Origin: Pseudomonadales bacterium
GTDB lineage: Bacteria; Pseudomonadota; Gammaproteobacteria; Pseudomonadales; UBA7239
Assembly: GCA_041395785.1 (NCBI GenBank)
Contig: JAWKZZ010000009.1
Span: 8,292-72,291, forward strand
DNA length: 64,000 nt
Reading direction: 5' to 3'
Shown here: piece by piece, positions 40,333 to 49,828 of the stretch
Layout of the letters: each line of letters opens with the position of its first letter
Position numbering within the stretch: the stretch's first letter is position 1
Notes under the pieces: generated by a model
What the model was told of the DNA's origin: nothing
The model's input: the letters and a program-made list of their open reading frames with translations, nothing else
Databases searched by the model: none
Position numbers and translations under genes: made by a program

Positions 40333-41166
40333 ATGAGTAACATCAAGCTTTTTCACGATCAGCAAATTCGCAGCCACTGGGATGACGAACAAGCGGAATG
40401 GTTTTTTTCAGTGGTTGACGTGGTGGCAGCGCTTACAGACAGCGCAAACCCCACAGATTATCTGAAGAAGCTGCGCAAAAGGGATGGTCAATTAGGCGGC
40501 TACATAGGGACAAATTGTCCCCAGGTAGCTATGCAGTCCACCACGGGTAAATCAAGAAAGACGCTGGCGGCCACTACTCAACATCTGTTACGGATCATTC
40601 AATCGGTTCCTTCTAAAAAGGCAGAACCTTTTAAGCTGTGGCTGGCTGAAGTGGCTAATCAGCGACTGGATCAACTGCAAGACCCTGAGCTGTCCATAGA
40701 GCAGGCCATGCGGGACTACAAACAACTGGGCTACTCGGATAATTGGATTAACCAGCGTTTGAAAAGTATAGAGATCCGCAAGGAATTAACCGATGAATGG
40801 AAAAAGCATGGTTTGCAGGAAGGCATGGAGTTCGCTTTTTTAACTGATGTGATTTACAAAACCTGGGCGGGTAAAAATGCCAAAGAATATAAGCAGCATA
40901 AAGGGCTGAAAAAGGAAAATCTGCGTGACAACATGACCAATAAGGAACTGGTCATCAATATGTTGGCAGAGCTTTCCACAAAAGAGATTTCGGAAGTCGT
41001 CAATCCTCAATCGTTTACCGAGCATGAAGATGTGGCCAAGCGTGGTGGCGGTGTTGCCAAAGAAGCCAAGCTCAAACTGGAAGCAGAAACAGGCAGAAAG
41101 GTTGTTAGCAGCAAGAATGCCAAACAACTCGGTAAAACACGAAATTTAAGGCCGCCAGACAAATGA
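40333..41166 (+). CDS. Bro-N domain protein, DinD-like (DNA-damage-inducible protein D family)
   Basis: This is an intact 277-aa ORF with a strong SD (AAGGAGG). The N-terminus (IRSHWDDEQAEWFFSVVDVVAALTDSANP.DYLKKLRKRD) looks Bro-N-like. The C-terminal half (KEYKQHKGLKKENLRDNMTNKELVINMLAELSTKEIS) parallels my recollection of E. coli DinD (..HQRKGLKKNQKILDHMGSTELAANLF..). Its TGA overlaps the hsdR ATG (ATGA). Confidence 0.65.
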   Translation: MSNIKLFHDQQIRSHWDDEQAEWFFSVVDVVAALTDSANPTDYLKKLRKRDGQLGGYIGTNCPQVAMQSTTGKSRKTLAATTQHLLRIIQSVPSKKAEPFKLWLAEVANQRLDQLQDPELSIEQAMRDYKQLGYSDNWINQRLKSIEIRKELTDEWKKHGLQEGMEFAFLTDVIYKTWAGKNAKEYKQHKGLKKENLRDNMTNKELVINMLAELSTKEISEVVNPQSFTEHEDVAKRGGGVAKEAKLKLEAETGRKVVSSKNAKQLGKTRNLRPPDK

Positions 41167-44100
41167 TCAAACTCACCGAATCTGCCATTGAAGATTTCGC
41201 CATCGAGCAATTCGAGCAGCTGGGCTATCAATATATTTATGGTCCGAACATTGCGCCTGATTCAGAAACACCCGAACGCGAGCGTTGGGATGAGGTGTTG
41301 CTGAACGGGCGGTTAATGCAGGCGTTGCAGCGCATTAACCCCAAACAGCCGCAAGCCGTGCTGCAAGGTGCGTTAAAGAAATTGAGCGCCTACATTCGCC
41401 AGATTTGCTCGCCAGCAATGAAGCATTTCACCGTTTATTGACGGAAGGTGTAAAAGTCAGCACACAGAAAGAGGGCAATGAGCGCGGCGACATTGTTTGG
41501 TTGGTGGATTTTAATCATCCAGAAAACAATGAATTTTTGGTCATCAATCAATTCACAGTCATCGAAAACAACATCAACAAACGACCAGACTTGGTGCTGT
41601 TTGTGAACGGCATTCCGTTGGTTGTGTTAGAGCTGAAAAATGCCGCTGATGAGAACGCAACCATCACATCGGCTTTCAAGCAGTTGGATACCTACAAAAA
41701 AACTATTAGCAGTTTATTTACTTACAACGCATTGTTAGTGATTTCGGACGGTTTGGAAGCCAAAGCCGGTTCACTGTCTGCTGGGTTGTCGCGTTTCATG
41801 GCGTGGAAAACCGCCGACGGTAAAGCGGAAGCTTCGCACCTTATCAGTCAGTTAGAAACATTGATCAAAGGGATGTTGCGGCCTGCTACCTTGCTGGATC
41901 TGGTGCGACATTTCATTGTGTATGAAAAAACGCGCAAGGAAGATGCTGCTACAGGATTGATCAGCGTCAGTACCGTGAAAAAAGTTGCTGCCTATCACCA
42001 GTATTACGCCGTGAATGCGGCGGTCGAATCGACCTTGCGTGCGGCAGACAAGGTGGTTGCCGAATCACCAGCCAGCTACGGTGTGCCCAGTGTGGAAGAC
42101 CAACCGCGCGGTGATCGCAAGGCGGGGGTGGTGTGGCACACGCAGGGCAGTGGTAAATCGCTCTCCATGGTGTTCTACACCGGAAAAATTGTACTGGCGA
42201 TGGATAATCCCACGGTGTTGGTCATCACGGATCGCAATGATTTGGATGATCAATTATTCGATACATTTGCATCGTGCAAACAATTGCTGCGGCAGGAGCC
42301 AAAGCAGGCGGAGAATCGTCAGCAGTTAAAAGATTTATTGCGTGTCTCTTCCGGTGGTGTGATTTTTGCCACGATCCAGAAGTTTCAGCCTAATGAAGGT
42401 AACGTCTACGAAGAGCTATCCAAGCGCAGCAATATCGTGGTGTTGGCTGATGAAGCGCATCGCACGCAGTATGGCTTTGCAGCCAAAACTGTCGATGAGA
42501 AAAATGATGCTGGTGAAGTCATCGGCAAAAAAACGGTTTATGGTTTTGCGAAATATTTACGCGATGCGTTACCGCAGGCCACTTATCTTGGCTTCACTGG
42601 CACGCCGATTGAAAAAACGGATGTGAACACACCGGCGGTGTTCGGTAACTATGTGGATGTTTATGACATTGCCCAAGCCGTAGAAGACGGTGCCACGGTT
42701 CGTATTTTTTATGAAAGCCGCTTGGCAAAAGTGCAGTTGAATGATGAAGGAAAAAAACTGGTCAAGGAACTGGATGACGAGTTAGAGCAAGATGAATTAA
42801 CGGAAACACAAAAAGCTAAAGCCAAGTGGACGCAACTGGAAGCGTTGATTGGTAGTGAGAAACGCATCGCCAATATCGCTAACGATATCGTCACGCATTT
42901 TGAAACTCGACAGAAAGTATTTGACGGCAAGGGCATGATCGTCAGCATGTCGCGCCGCATTGCTGCTGAGCTGTATGCGGCGATTGTTGCCCTGCGCCCA
43001 GATTGGCATTCTGATGATCCCGCCAAGGGCGTGATTAAAGTAGTGATGACGGCCAGCAGCAGTGATGGCCCACAAATGGCCAAGCACCACACAACCAAGC
43101 AGCAGCGGCGCGCATTGGCCGAGCGCATGAAAGACCCGGATGACGAACTAAAGCTAGTGATCGTGCGCGACATGTGGCTCACCGGCTTTGATGCGCCTTC
43201 CATGCACACGCTGTATATCGACAAGCCCATGAAGGGCCACAACCTGATGCAGGCCATTGCGCGTGTTAACCGCGTGTATGGTGACAAGCCCGGCGGCAAT
43301 GTGGTGGATTACCTCGGCATCGCTTCGGATTTGAAGGAAGCTCTCAGTTTTTATTCCGATGCGGGAGGCAAGGGCGATCCAACGCTGGCGCAGGAACAGG
43401 CTGTGGCATTGATGCTGGAAAAGCTCGAAGTGGTCAGCCAGATGTTCTCGGGTACGGAAGGGCATGGTTTCCCCTATGAAAATTACTTTACTGCCGATAC
43501 CGCACAAAAACTCTCGCTGATTCTCGCGGCCGAGGAACACATTCTCGGTTTGGAGAATGGCAAGAAGCGTTACATCAACGAAGTCACTGCCTTGTCGCAG
43601 GCGTTTGCTATCGCCATCCCGCATGAACAAGCCATGGATGTGATGGACGAAGTGGCATTTTTTCAAGCTGTAAAAGCGCGGCTGGCGAAATTTGATAGCA
43701 CGGGCGGCGGGCGCACAAACGAAGAAATCGAAACCACCATTCGACAGGTGATCGACAAGGCGTTGGTGTCCGATCAGGTGATCGATGTTTTCGATGCAGC
43801 CGGTATCAAGAAGCCAGATATTTCGATTCTATCGGATGAATTCATGGAAGAACTGCGCAACCATCAGCACAAAAATATCGCGCTGGAAGTATTGAAAAAA
43901 ATCTTGAATGACGAAATCAAAACACGAGCACGCACCAATCTGGTCAAAAGTAAGACGCTGATGGAAATGCTGGAAAACAGCATCAAGAAATACCACAACA
44001 AAATTATCACGGCGGCAGAAGTGATCGACGAGTTGATCAAACTCAGTAAGGAAATTGTCACTTCAGATGCAGAAGCCAAACACATGGGCTTGTCGGATTA

Positions 44101-44386
44101 TGAGTATGCTTTTTACACCGCAGTCGCTAACAACGACAGTGCCAGAGAGTTGATGCAGCAGGATGTGTTGCGTGTATTGGCCGTGGAGTTGTTTCGCGCC
44201 ATCAAAGATAACGCTTCTATCGACTGGACGATGAAAGAAAGTGTACGCGCCAAGTTGAAAGTCATCGTCAAACGATTGCTGCGCAAATATGGCTATCCAC
44301 CGGATATGCAGGCCTTGGCAACGGAAACCGTGTTGCAACAAGCAGAAATGATTGCCGATTCCCTCGTAGCATCGGCTTCGATATAA
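41163..44386 (+). pseudogene. hsdR: Type I restriction enzyme endonuclease subunit HsdR, one 5'-proximal frameshift
   Basis: The main ORF 41405..44386 has the nuclease region ([19 protein letters not shown]) and SF2 helicase motifs ([47 protein letters not shown]). The N-terminal 72 aa lie in another frame (41163..). The frames join if one A is added in TTAAAGAAATT (about 41374-41380), giving ...[26 protein letters not shown]. Confidence 0.9.
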
Positions 44387-44402
44387 ATTTCGGATTAATA
44401 CC

Positions 44403-46649
44403 ATGAAACCACTACATTTCATCGCCACTTGCGCGCGCGCCCAAGAGCCATTACTGGCAGCAGAACTAGAAGCCTTGTTTGCGCAGGATGTGGTGGCTGG
44501 CGATCGCATCGTCAGTTTTTCTGCCAGCCCAGAGGTGGTGTATCGCGTGTTGCTTGGCACGCGCATTGCCAACCGCGTGTTGTGGCCTCTGTGCACGGTG
44601 CCGGCCAGTGATGGCGATGAAATGTATCAAGCGCTGCGTGAATACGATTGGGCGCTGTTGCTACAACCGTCTAACACTTTTTGTGTCGATTTCATTGGCG
44701 AATCGGACAGTATTCGCAATAGCATGTTCGGCGCGATGCGTGTGAAAGACGCGATTGTCGATAGTGTTCGTGCAGGCGATTTGCGCCCGAGTGTTGTGAA
44801 AGATTCGCCCGATATTCGTTTCAATGCGGTATTGCTGTCCAACGAAAAGCAAACCGATCGCGTGCAAGTGGCGATCGATTTAGGTAATGGTAGTTTGCAT
44901 AAACGCGGCTATCGCCAACAAGCAGGCGAAGCGCCGTTAAAAGAAACCGTGGCTGCAGGTATGTTACTGCGCGCGAATTGGCCAGCCATCGCAGCAGCAG
45001 GCGGCGCATTATTTGATCCAATGTGTGGCAGTGGCACTTTGCTGATTGAAGCGGCGTTGATGGCGGCAAACATTGCCCCCGGTGTTTATCGTGAGCAGTG
45101 GGGCGTGCGCTATTGTCCGTGGCACGATGAGGTGTTGTGGAAAAAAATACTGACCGATGCCAAAAGCCGACTATTGAATGTGGGCGCAATCAGCATGCCT
45201 AAAATTGCCGGCAGCGATGCGTTGTTGCCAGTGATTAAAAAAGCGCGCGAAAACATTGATCGCGCCGGTTTGTCGGAATGCATTAGTGTTGATGCGGAGC
45301 ATTTAGCCGACAGCATGCCGCCACGCGCTAAAACGGGCTTGCTGATTTGTAATCCACCTTACGGTGAACGCTTGGGCAATATGGAAGATTTGCCGCAACT
45401 GTATGCCGCTTTAGGTGAAAAAATCAGCGTGCTACACGGCTGGCAAGCAGCGGTGTTGACCAGTGAAAAAGAATTGGCGCAGGCCATTGGTTTGCGCAGC
45501 CACCGTTCGTATCGTTTCGATAACGGCGCCATTGCTTGCAGGTTGTATTTGTTTGAGTTGAATGAGCGCAATCGCTTTAAAGCGTTTGACGCATCAGTTT
45601 CTCGCGCCAGCCAAGACGCGGTGAGTGAAATAGAACAGCTCTCGGATGCAGCGCGGATGTTGTGCAATCGTCTGCAAAAAAATGCACAGAAATTGCAGGG
45701 CTGGTTAAAGCAGTCCGGTGTGACTTGTTATCGCCTTTACGATGCGGATATGCCGGAATACGCGTTTGCGATTGATATTTACACGCATGCCGAGAATGGT
45801 GAGCGCCATGTGCATTTGCAGGAATATACACCGCCAAAAACAGTCGACGAAGCGGCTGCAGCGCGCAGGCGTGAAGAAACGCGCTTGGCGGTGTCGGCGG
45901 CATTGCAAATTCCCTTGTCGCGCGTATACGGCAAAAACCGTGAGCGGCAGCGCGGCGAGAAAAAGCAGTACAACAAGCAGGAAGCGGTGGTGGATACGCG
46001 TTTCCCTGTGCAAGAAAGCGGACACCTGTTTCAAGTGAACATGCAGAGTTATCTCGACACGGGATTATTTCTCGATACGCGTCCCGTGCGGCAATTGCTG
46101 GCAGAGAAAGCCCGAGGCAAAAGTTTTTTGAACTTGTTTTCGTATACGGCGAGTGCCACGGTGTATGCCGCAAAAGCGGGTGCGCGCAGTTCGCTGTCGA
46201 TAGATATGTCAGCTACCTATACCGATTGGTCGCGCCACAATTTTGCCAATAACGGTATCAATACACGCAAGCATCAGTTGTTGACGGCCGATTGTTTACA
46301 GTGGCTGGAAGAAGTCGATGAGCAGTTTGATCTGATTTATCTGGATCCGCCGACTTTTTCTAACTCCAAGCGCATGCGCAGCACGCTGGATGTGCAGCGC
46401 GATCAAGTGCAGTTGATTGGCTATGCCTTGGATTTGTTATCGGATAACGGCGAGCTGATTTTTGTCACCAACCACCAGCGCTTTAAGTTGGAGAATCGGT
46501 GTTCATTAAAAGCCACGGCTGGAAGCCAGAAAATATTACGGCGCAAACACTGGATGTGGATTTTCAGCGCAGCAAAAAATTCACCAGTGCTGGTTATTCC
46601 GCAGCGCTTGAATGATGTCCGTCGAGTAGGTGAAGCGCGTCGTGAATAA
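44403..46649 (+). CDS. rlmL: Bifunctional 23S rRNA methyltransferase RlmKL (RlmL), with a frameshifted 3' end
   Basis: It has THUMP and N-terminal MTase motifs (DPMCGSGTLLIEAA, ICNPPYGERLG) and a C-terminal MTase (FDLIYLDPPTFSNSK). The expected tail SVFIKSHGWKPENITAQTLDVDFQRSKK | IHQCWLFRSA* lies in the other two frames. The shifts are at about 46491-94 and in the A6 run 46574-79. The repaired stop would be 46609-46611. Confidence 0.85.
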   Translation: MKPLHFIATCARAQEPLLAAELEALFAQDVVAGDRIVSFSASPEVVYRVLLGTRIANRVLWPLCTVPASDGDEMYQALREYDWALLLQPSNTFCVDFIGESDSIRNSMFGAMRVKDAIVDSVRAGDLRPSVVKDSPDIRFNAVLLSNEKQTDRVQVAIDLGNGSLHKRGYRQQAGEAPLKETVAAGMLLRANWPAIAAAGGALFDPMCGSGTLLIEAALMAANIAPGVYREQWGVRYCPWHDEVLWKKILTDAKSRLLNVGAISMPKIAGSDALLPVIKKARENIDRAGLSECISVDAEHLADSMPPRAKTGLLICNPPYGERLGNMEDLPQLYAALGEKISVLHGWQAAVLTSEKELAQAIGLRSHRSYRFDNGAIACRLYLFELNERNRFKAFDASVSRASQDAVSEIEQLSDAARMLCNRLQKNAQKLQGWLKQSGVTCYRLYDADMPEYAFAIDIYTHAENGERHVHLQEYTPPKTVDEAAAARRREETRLAVSAALQIPLSRVYGKNRERQRGEKKQYNKQEAVVDTRFPVQESGHLFQVNMQSYLDTGLFLDTRPVRQLLAEKARGKSFLNLFSYTASATVYAAKAGARSSLSIDMSATYTDWSRHNFANNGINTRKHQLLTADCLQWLEEVDEQFDLIYLDPPTFSNSKRMRSTLDVQRDQVQLIGYALDLLSDNGELIFVTNHQRFKLENRCSLKATAGSQKILRRKHWMWIFSAAKNSPVLVIPQRLNDVRRVGEARRE

Positions 46650-47596
46650 CGGTGACCGTGGCGCCTTTTTATGTGCGCGTTTTCACTGATATGACGGCGA
46701 AACTGGCGCGAGCCAGAAACATTGTGCCACAAGCCTAGAAGATGGCGCGTCAACATGCTGAGTGACACACCCAGCGCGTGTTGTTCTGCACAGTAAGCGG
46801 CATACTGCTGGGTAATCTGAATTCTATTGGTAGTTTCGTGCGGATCATCGAACAGCACCGCATCCGCTTCGGATAAGAAAAAAGTGTTGTGCCATGCTGC
46901 GCGTCCCATCATCACACCATCGACATGTTGTAGATGATGCTGAGCTTCTGCCAGTGTGGCGATGCCACCGTTAATAACAATATTTAATTGGGGGCGCAGC
47001 GCTTTTAAGCGATAAACCCAATCGTATTTTAGCGGTGGAATTTTGCGGTTTTCTTTCGGGCTCAAGCCCCGCAGCCACGCATTGCGGGCGTGCACAATCA
47101 CGGTATTGCACGGGCTGTCTGTTGTTACATCAATGAATTGCAAAAACTCATCAAAATTATCTTGTTGATCGATGCCGGTTCGGCATTTCAGTGTCACAGG
47201 CAATGCGCTGCCTTCTGCCATCGCGCGCAGGCTGTCGCGCACCACAGTGGGCGTGCTCATCAAACAGGCGCCAAAAGCGCCGCTCTGTACGCGGTCGCTG
47301 GGGCAGCCACAGTTGAGGTTCAATTCATCGTATTGATATTGCGCAGCAATGGCGCTGCTGTCGCGCAATTGCGCTGGATCTGCGCCGCCGAGCTGTAGGG
47401 CAACAGGATGCTCAGTGTTGTTAAACGCTAATAAATGATCGGTTTTTCCATGCAGAATGGCATGGGTGGTAATCATTTCTGTGTATAGCAGTGTGTGTTT
47501 GGTGAGTAAGCGCGCCAGATAACGAAAGTGTTTGTCTGTCACATCGATCATGGGAGCGACAGACAATTTTCCCATCAATAAATTATTTGTGGGCAT
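46421..47596 (-). CDS. dusA: tRNA-dihydrouridine synthase A (DusA), with an artificially extended 3' end caused by a frameshift
   Basis: The Dus TIM-barrel shows SVAPMIDVTDKHFRYLARL, LNCGCPS and VTLKCRTGID. After ...RQFRRHISENAHIK the expected tail GATVTVIHDALHLLDGHHSSAAE* is in another frame. The shift is in the T5 run at 46666-46670 on the plus strand. The repaired stop would be 46594-46596, giving about 334 aa. Confidence 0.85.
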   Translation of the reverse strand: MPTNNLLMGKLSVAPMIDVTDKHFRYLARLLTKHTLLYTEMITTHAILHGKTDHLLAFNNTEHPVALQLGGADPAQLRDSSAIAAQYQYDELNLNCGCPSDRVQSGAFGACLMSTPTVVRDSLRAMAEGSALPVTLKCRTGIDQQDNFDEFLQFIDVTTDSPCNTVIVHARNAWLRGLSPKENRKIPPLKYDWVYRLKALRPQLNIVINGGIATLAEAQHHLQHVDGVMMGRAAWHNTFFLSEADAVLFDDPHETTNRIQITQQYAAYCAEQHALGVSLSMLTRHLLGLWHNVSGSRQFRRHISENAHIKRRHGHRYSRRASPTRRTSFKRCGITSTGEFFAALKIHIQCLRRNIFWLPAVAFNEHRFSNLKRWWLVTKISSPLSDNKSKA

Positions 47597-47605
47597 GTGA
47601 CAGGC

Positions 47606-48175
47606 TTAGAGGCGATTTTTGATGCGATCTAACTGGCGTTTATTCCAGGTGCGTATCACATGCCAGCGCCAGAAAATTTGCACGGTAAAATAACCAGCGA
47701 TTCCCAGTGCAGTGCCGATAATGAAAGTGCCCAATAAAAGTGGTCGCCATGTGTCTTTGATAATACGAAAGAGATTGCTTGCTTCATTAAGAAAGCTGTC
47801 ATAACTCCAGTCAAACGCTAACAACGCATTGATGTCAAAATTGACAGTGTTAGGAATAAAGAAAGAACCAATTTTTAATGCGGCATAAAGAATGGGGGGA
47901 GAGGTTAAGGGGTTAGAAACCCAGACCAAACCTACGGAGATAGGTAAATTGCCGCGCAGCCAGATGGCGATAATGGCAGCAATTAACATTTGAAAAGGAA
48001 AAAGGATAAAAGCAAAGCCGGCAAACAGCCCTGCAAAAAAAGCGCGTGCAACGCTATTGCGGTTTAAATGCCATAAATTGGGATCATGGATGCGGCTACC
48101 CAATACAGCCAGTTTTCCACTAGACAGCAGTTTTTGCCCGTCAACGGTAAACCGTTTGAATATTTTTTTTGCCAT
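47606..48175 (-). CDS. DUF2062-like membrane protein
   Basis: 189 aa. The N-terminal basic region is followed by SVARAFFAGLFAGFAFILFPFQMLIAAIIAIWLRGNLP and further TM helices, which is the typical DUF2062 pattern. Confidence 0.65.
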   Translation of the reverse strand: MAKKIFKRFTVDGQKLLSSGKLAVLGSRIHDPNLWHLNRNSVARAFFAGLFAGFAFILFPFQMLIAAIIAIWLRGNLPISVGLVWVSNPLTSPPILYAALKIGSFFIPNTVNFDINALLAFDWSYDSFLNEASNLFRIIKDTWRPLLLGTFIIGTALGIAGYFTVQIFWRWHVIRTWNKRQLDRIKNRL

Positions 48176-48231
48176 GCCTGAAATCGTGTCGATGAACCGT
48201 AGTAACGGCCGACATTATCCCACAATTGCCA

Positions 48232-49827
48232 TCAGAACAATGCACGGAGTAATTGCTGGGTAGCTGGGTGTTGCGGATGCTCAAAAAGCTGCTGGGTGGC
48301 GCCACTCTCAACGATGCGGCCTTGCTGCATTACCATCACTCGGTCAGCAATACGCTGAACTAGCCGTAAATCATGGGTAATAAACAGCAGCGAGAGCTGC
48401 ATATCGCGTTTGAGTTTCAGGAGCAGGGTGATGATTTGTGCCTGCGTGGATACATCCAGTGCGGAAACGGCCTCATCGCAAATGATGAGTTTGGGGTTTA
48501 AGGCGATGGCGCGCGCAATGCCAATGCGCTGGCGCTGGCCGCCAGAAAACTCATGGGGGAAGCGATGCAAGCTATCAACAGGAAGCTCCACGCGTTGCAA
48601 CAATGAGCGCACAGTCTCCGCGCGAGTTTGTGGGCTGCCAATGTTGTGAATTTGCAAAGGCTCTAGCAGGATGCGTTCAACCGTGTGTCTTGGATTGAGT
48701 GAATCATTGGTATCTTGAAAGATGACTTGGCACTGTTGGCGAAAGTTTGTCATTTGTTGGCGATTGTTTTTGTCGAGCACTTGCTGCTGAAAAACAATTT
48801 CACCGGAATCTGCTGGGTCTAAGACCAACAAGGCGCGCCCCAGTGTACTTTTTCCGCAGCCGGATTCACCCACTAGCGCCAGTATTTCCTGTTCGTGGAT
48901 AGAAAAATGGATGTCGTGTAGAACAGTAACAGCAGGTTTTTTTCGTGCTAATAATGCCTGTGGCGGTGTAAAGGCTTTGCGGATATTTCTGGCTTCTAAC
49001 AAGATATTTTTGTGTGTGATGGCTGTTTCAGCGTAAGCAGTTGCTTGCAAGGCAGCGACCAAACTTTGCGTATACGGGTGCTGCGGGGATGAAAAAATTG
49101 TTTCAGTTGTGTCGATTTCACAGAGAGCGCCGTTTTGTAATACCGCAACGCGTTGGCACCAGTGTTTTACTAAGGCCAGATCGTGCGTGATAAACAGTAC
49201 AGCCATTTGGCGCTGTTGTTGCAGATTCTGTAATAGCGTTAACAGTTGGTGTTGCGTGCTGGCATCTAGCGCCGTGCTGGGTTCATCGGCAATCAGTAAA
49301 TCGGGTTTTCCTGCTAAAGCCATGGCGATCATGATGCGTTGGCATTGACCGCCAGAGAGTTGGTGCGGAAAACTGTTTAGGCGCTGTTCTGGTTTATCGA
49401 CATTGACTTCTTGCAGTAATTGCAGGGATTGTTCGTAAATACTGGCCGCCTCTAAAGCGGGTTCGTGCAGTTGAAAGACTTCTGCCAGTTGTTCGCCGAT
49501 GGTTTGCACGGGGTTTAGCGCAGTGATCGGTTCTTGAAAAATCATGGCTATGCGTTTGCCGCGTAGGCTATGCAATAGCGACAAATTGTTGTCAATGCGT
49601 TCGCCATCAAACAAAATTTTTCCGGCGCTCATGCTGAGTGCCGGCTTGGGTAATAATCCCATGATGCTCTGTGCGCAAAGACTCTTGCCTGAGCCAGATT
49701 CGCCCACCAGAGCTAGCGTTTCACCCCGTTGCATCGCGAAGGAAATGTCACGCAACAAGGCTTGCTCACCTTTATTGTTGCGAACACTGACGCTGATATT
49801 TTCGAGAGCGAGCAGAGGTTTCTTCAT
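48232..49827 (-). CDS. yejF: Peptide ABC transporter, fused double ATP-binding protein (YejF-like)
   Basis: It has two cassettes (GESGSGKSL and GESGCGKST; LSGGQCQRIMIAMAL and FSGGQRQRIGIARAI). Length is 531 aa. Confidence 0.85.
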   Translation of the reverse strand: MKKPLLALENISVSVRNNKGEQALLRDISFAMQRGETLALVGESGSGKSLCAQSIMGLLPKPALSMSAGKILFDGERIDNNLSLLHSLRGKRIAMIFQEPITALNPVQTIGEQLAEVFQLHEPALEAASIYEQSLQLLQEVNVDKPEQRLNSFPHQLSGGQCQRIMIAMALAGKPDLLIADEPSTALDASTQHQLLTLLQNLQQQRQMAVLFITHDLALVKHWCQRVAVLQNGALCEIDTTETIFSSPQHPYTQSLVAALQATAYAETAITHKNILLEARNIRKAFTPPQALLARKKPAVTVLHDIHFSIHEQEILALVGESGCGKSTLGRALLVLDPADSGEIVFQQQVLDKNNRQQMTNFRQQCQVIFQDTNDSLNPRHTVERILLEPLQIHNIGSPQTRAETVRSLLQRVELPVDSLHRFPHEFSGGQRQRIGIARAIALNPKLIICDEAVSALDVSTQAQIITLLLKLKRDMQLSLLFITHDLRLVQRIADRVMVMQQGRIVESGATQQLFEHPQHPATQQLLRALF

Positions 49828-49828
49828 C

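Noticed and set aside
40333-41166. Bro-N gene as evidence for a prophage
   Set aside because: No other phage genes (integrase, terminase, capsid, repressor pair) occur anywhere in the window. The gene is embedded in, and translationally overlapped with, the hsd operon.
35985-44386. Calling the type I R-M island a discrete mobile element
   Set aside because: No recombinase or transposase, terminal inverted repeats or target-site duplication could be found by eye at the pyrD or rlmL junctions. Only compositional mosaicism and synteny interruption support horizontal origin.
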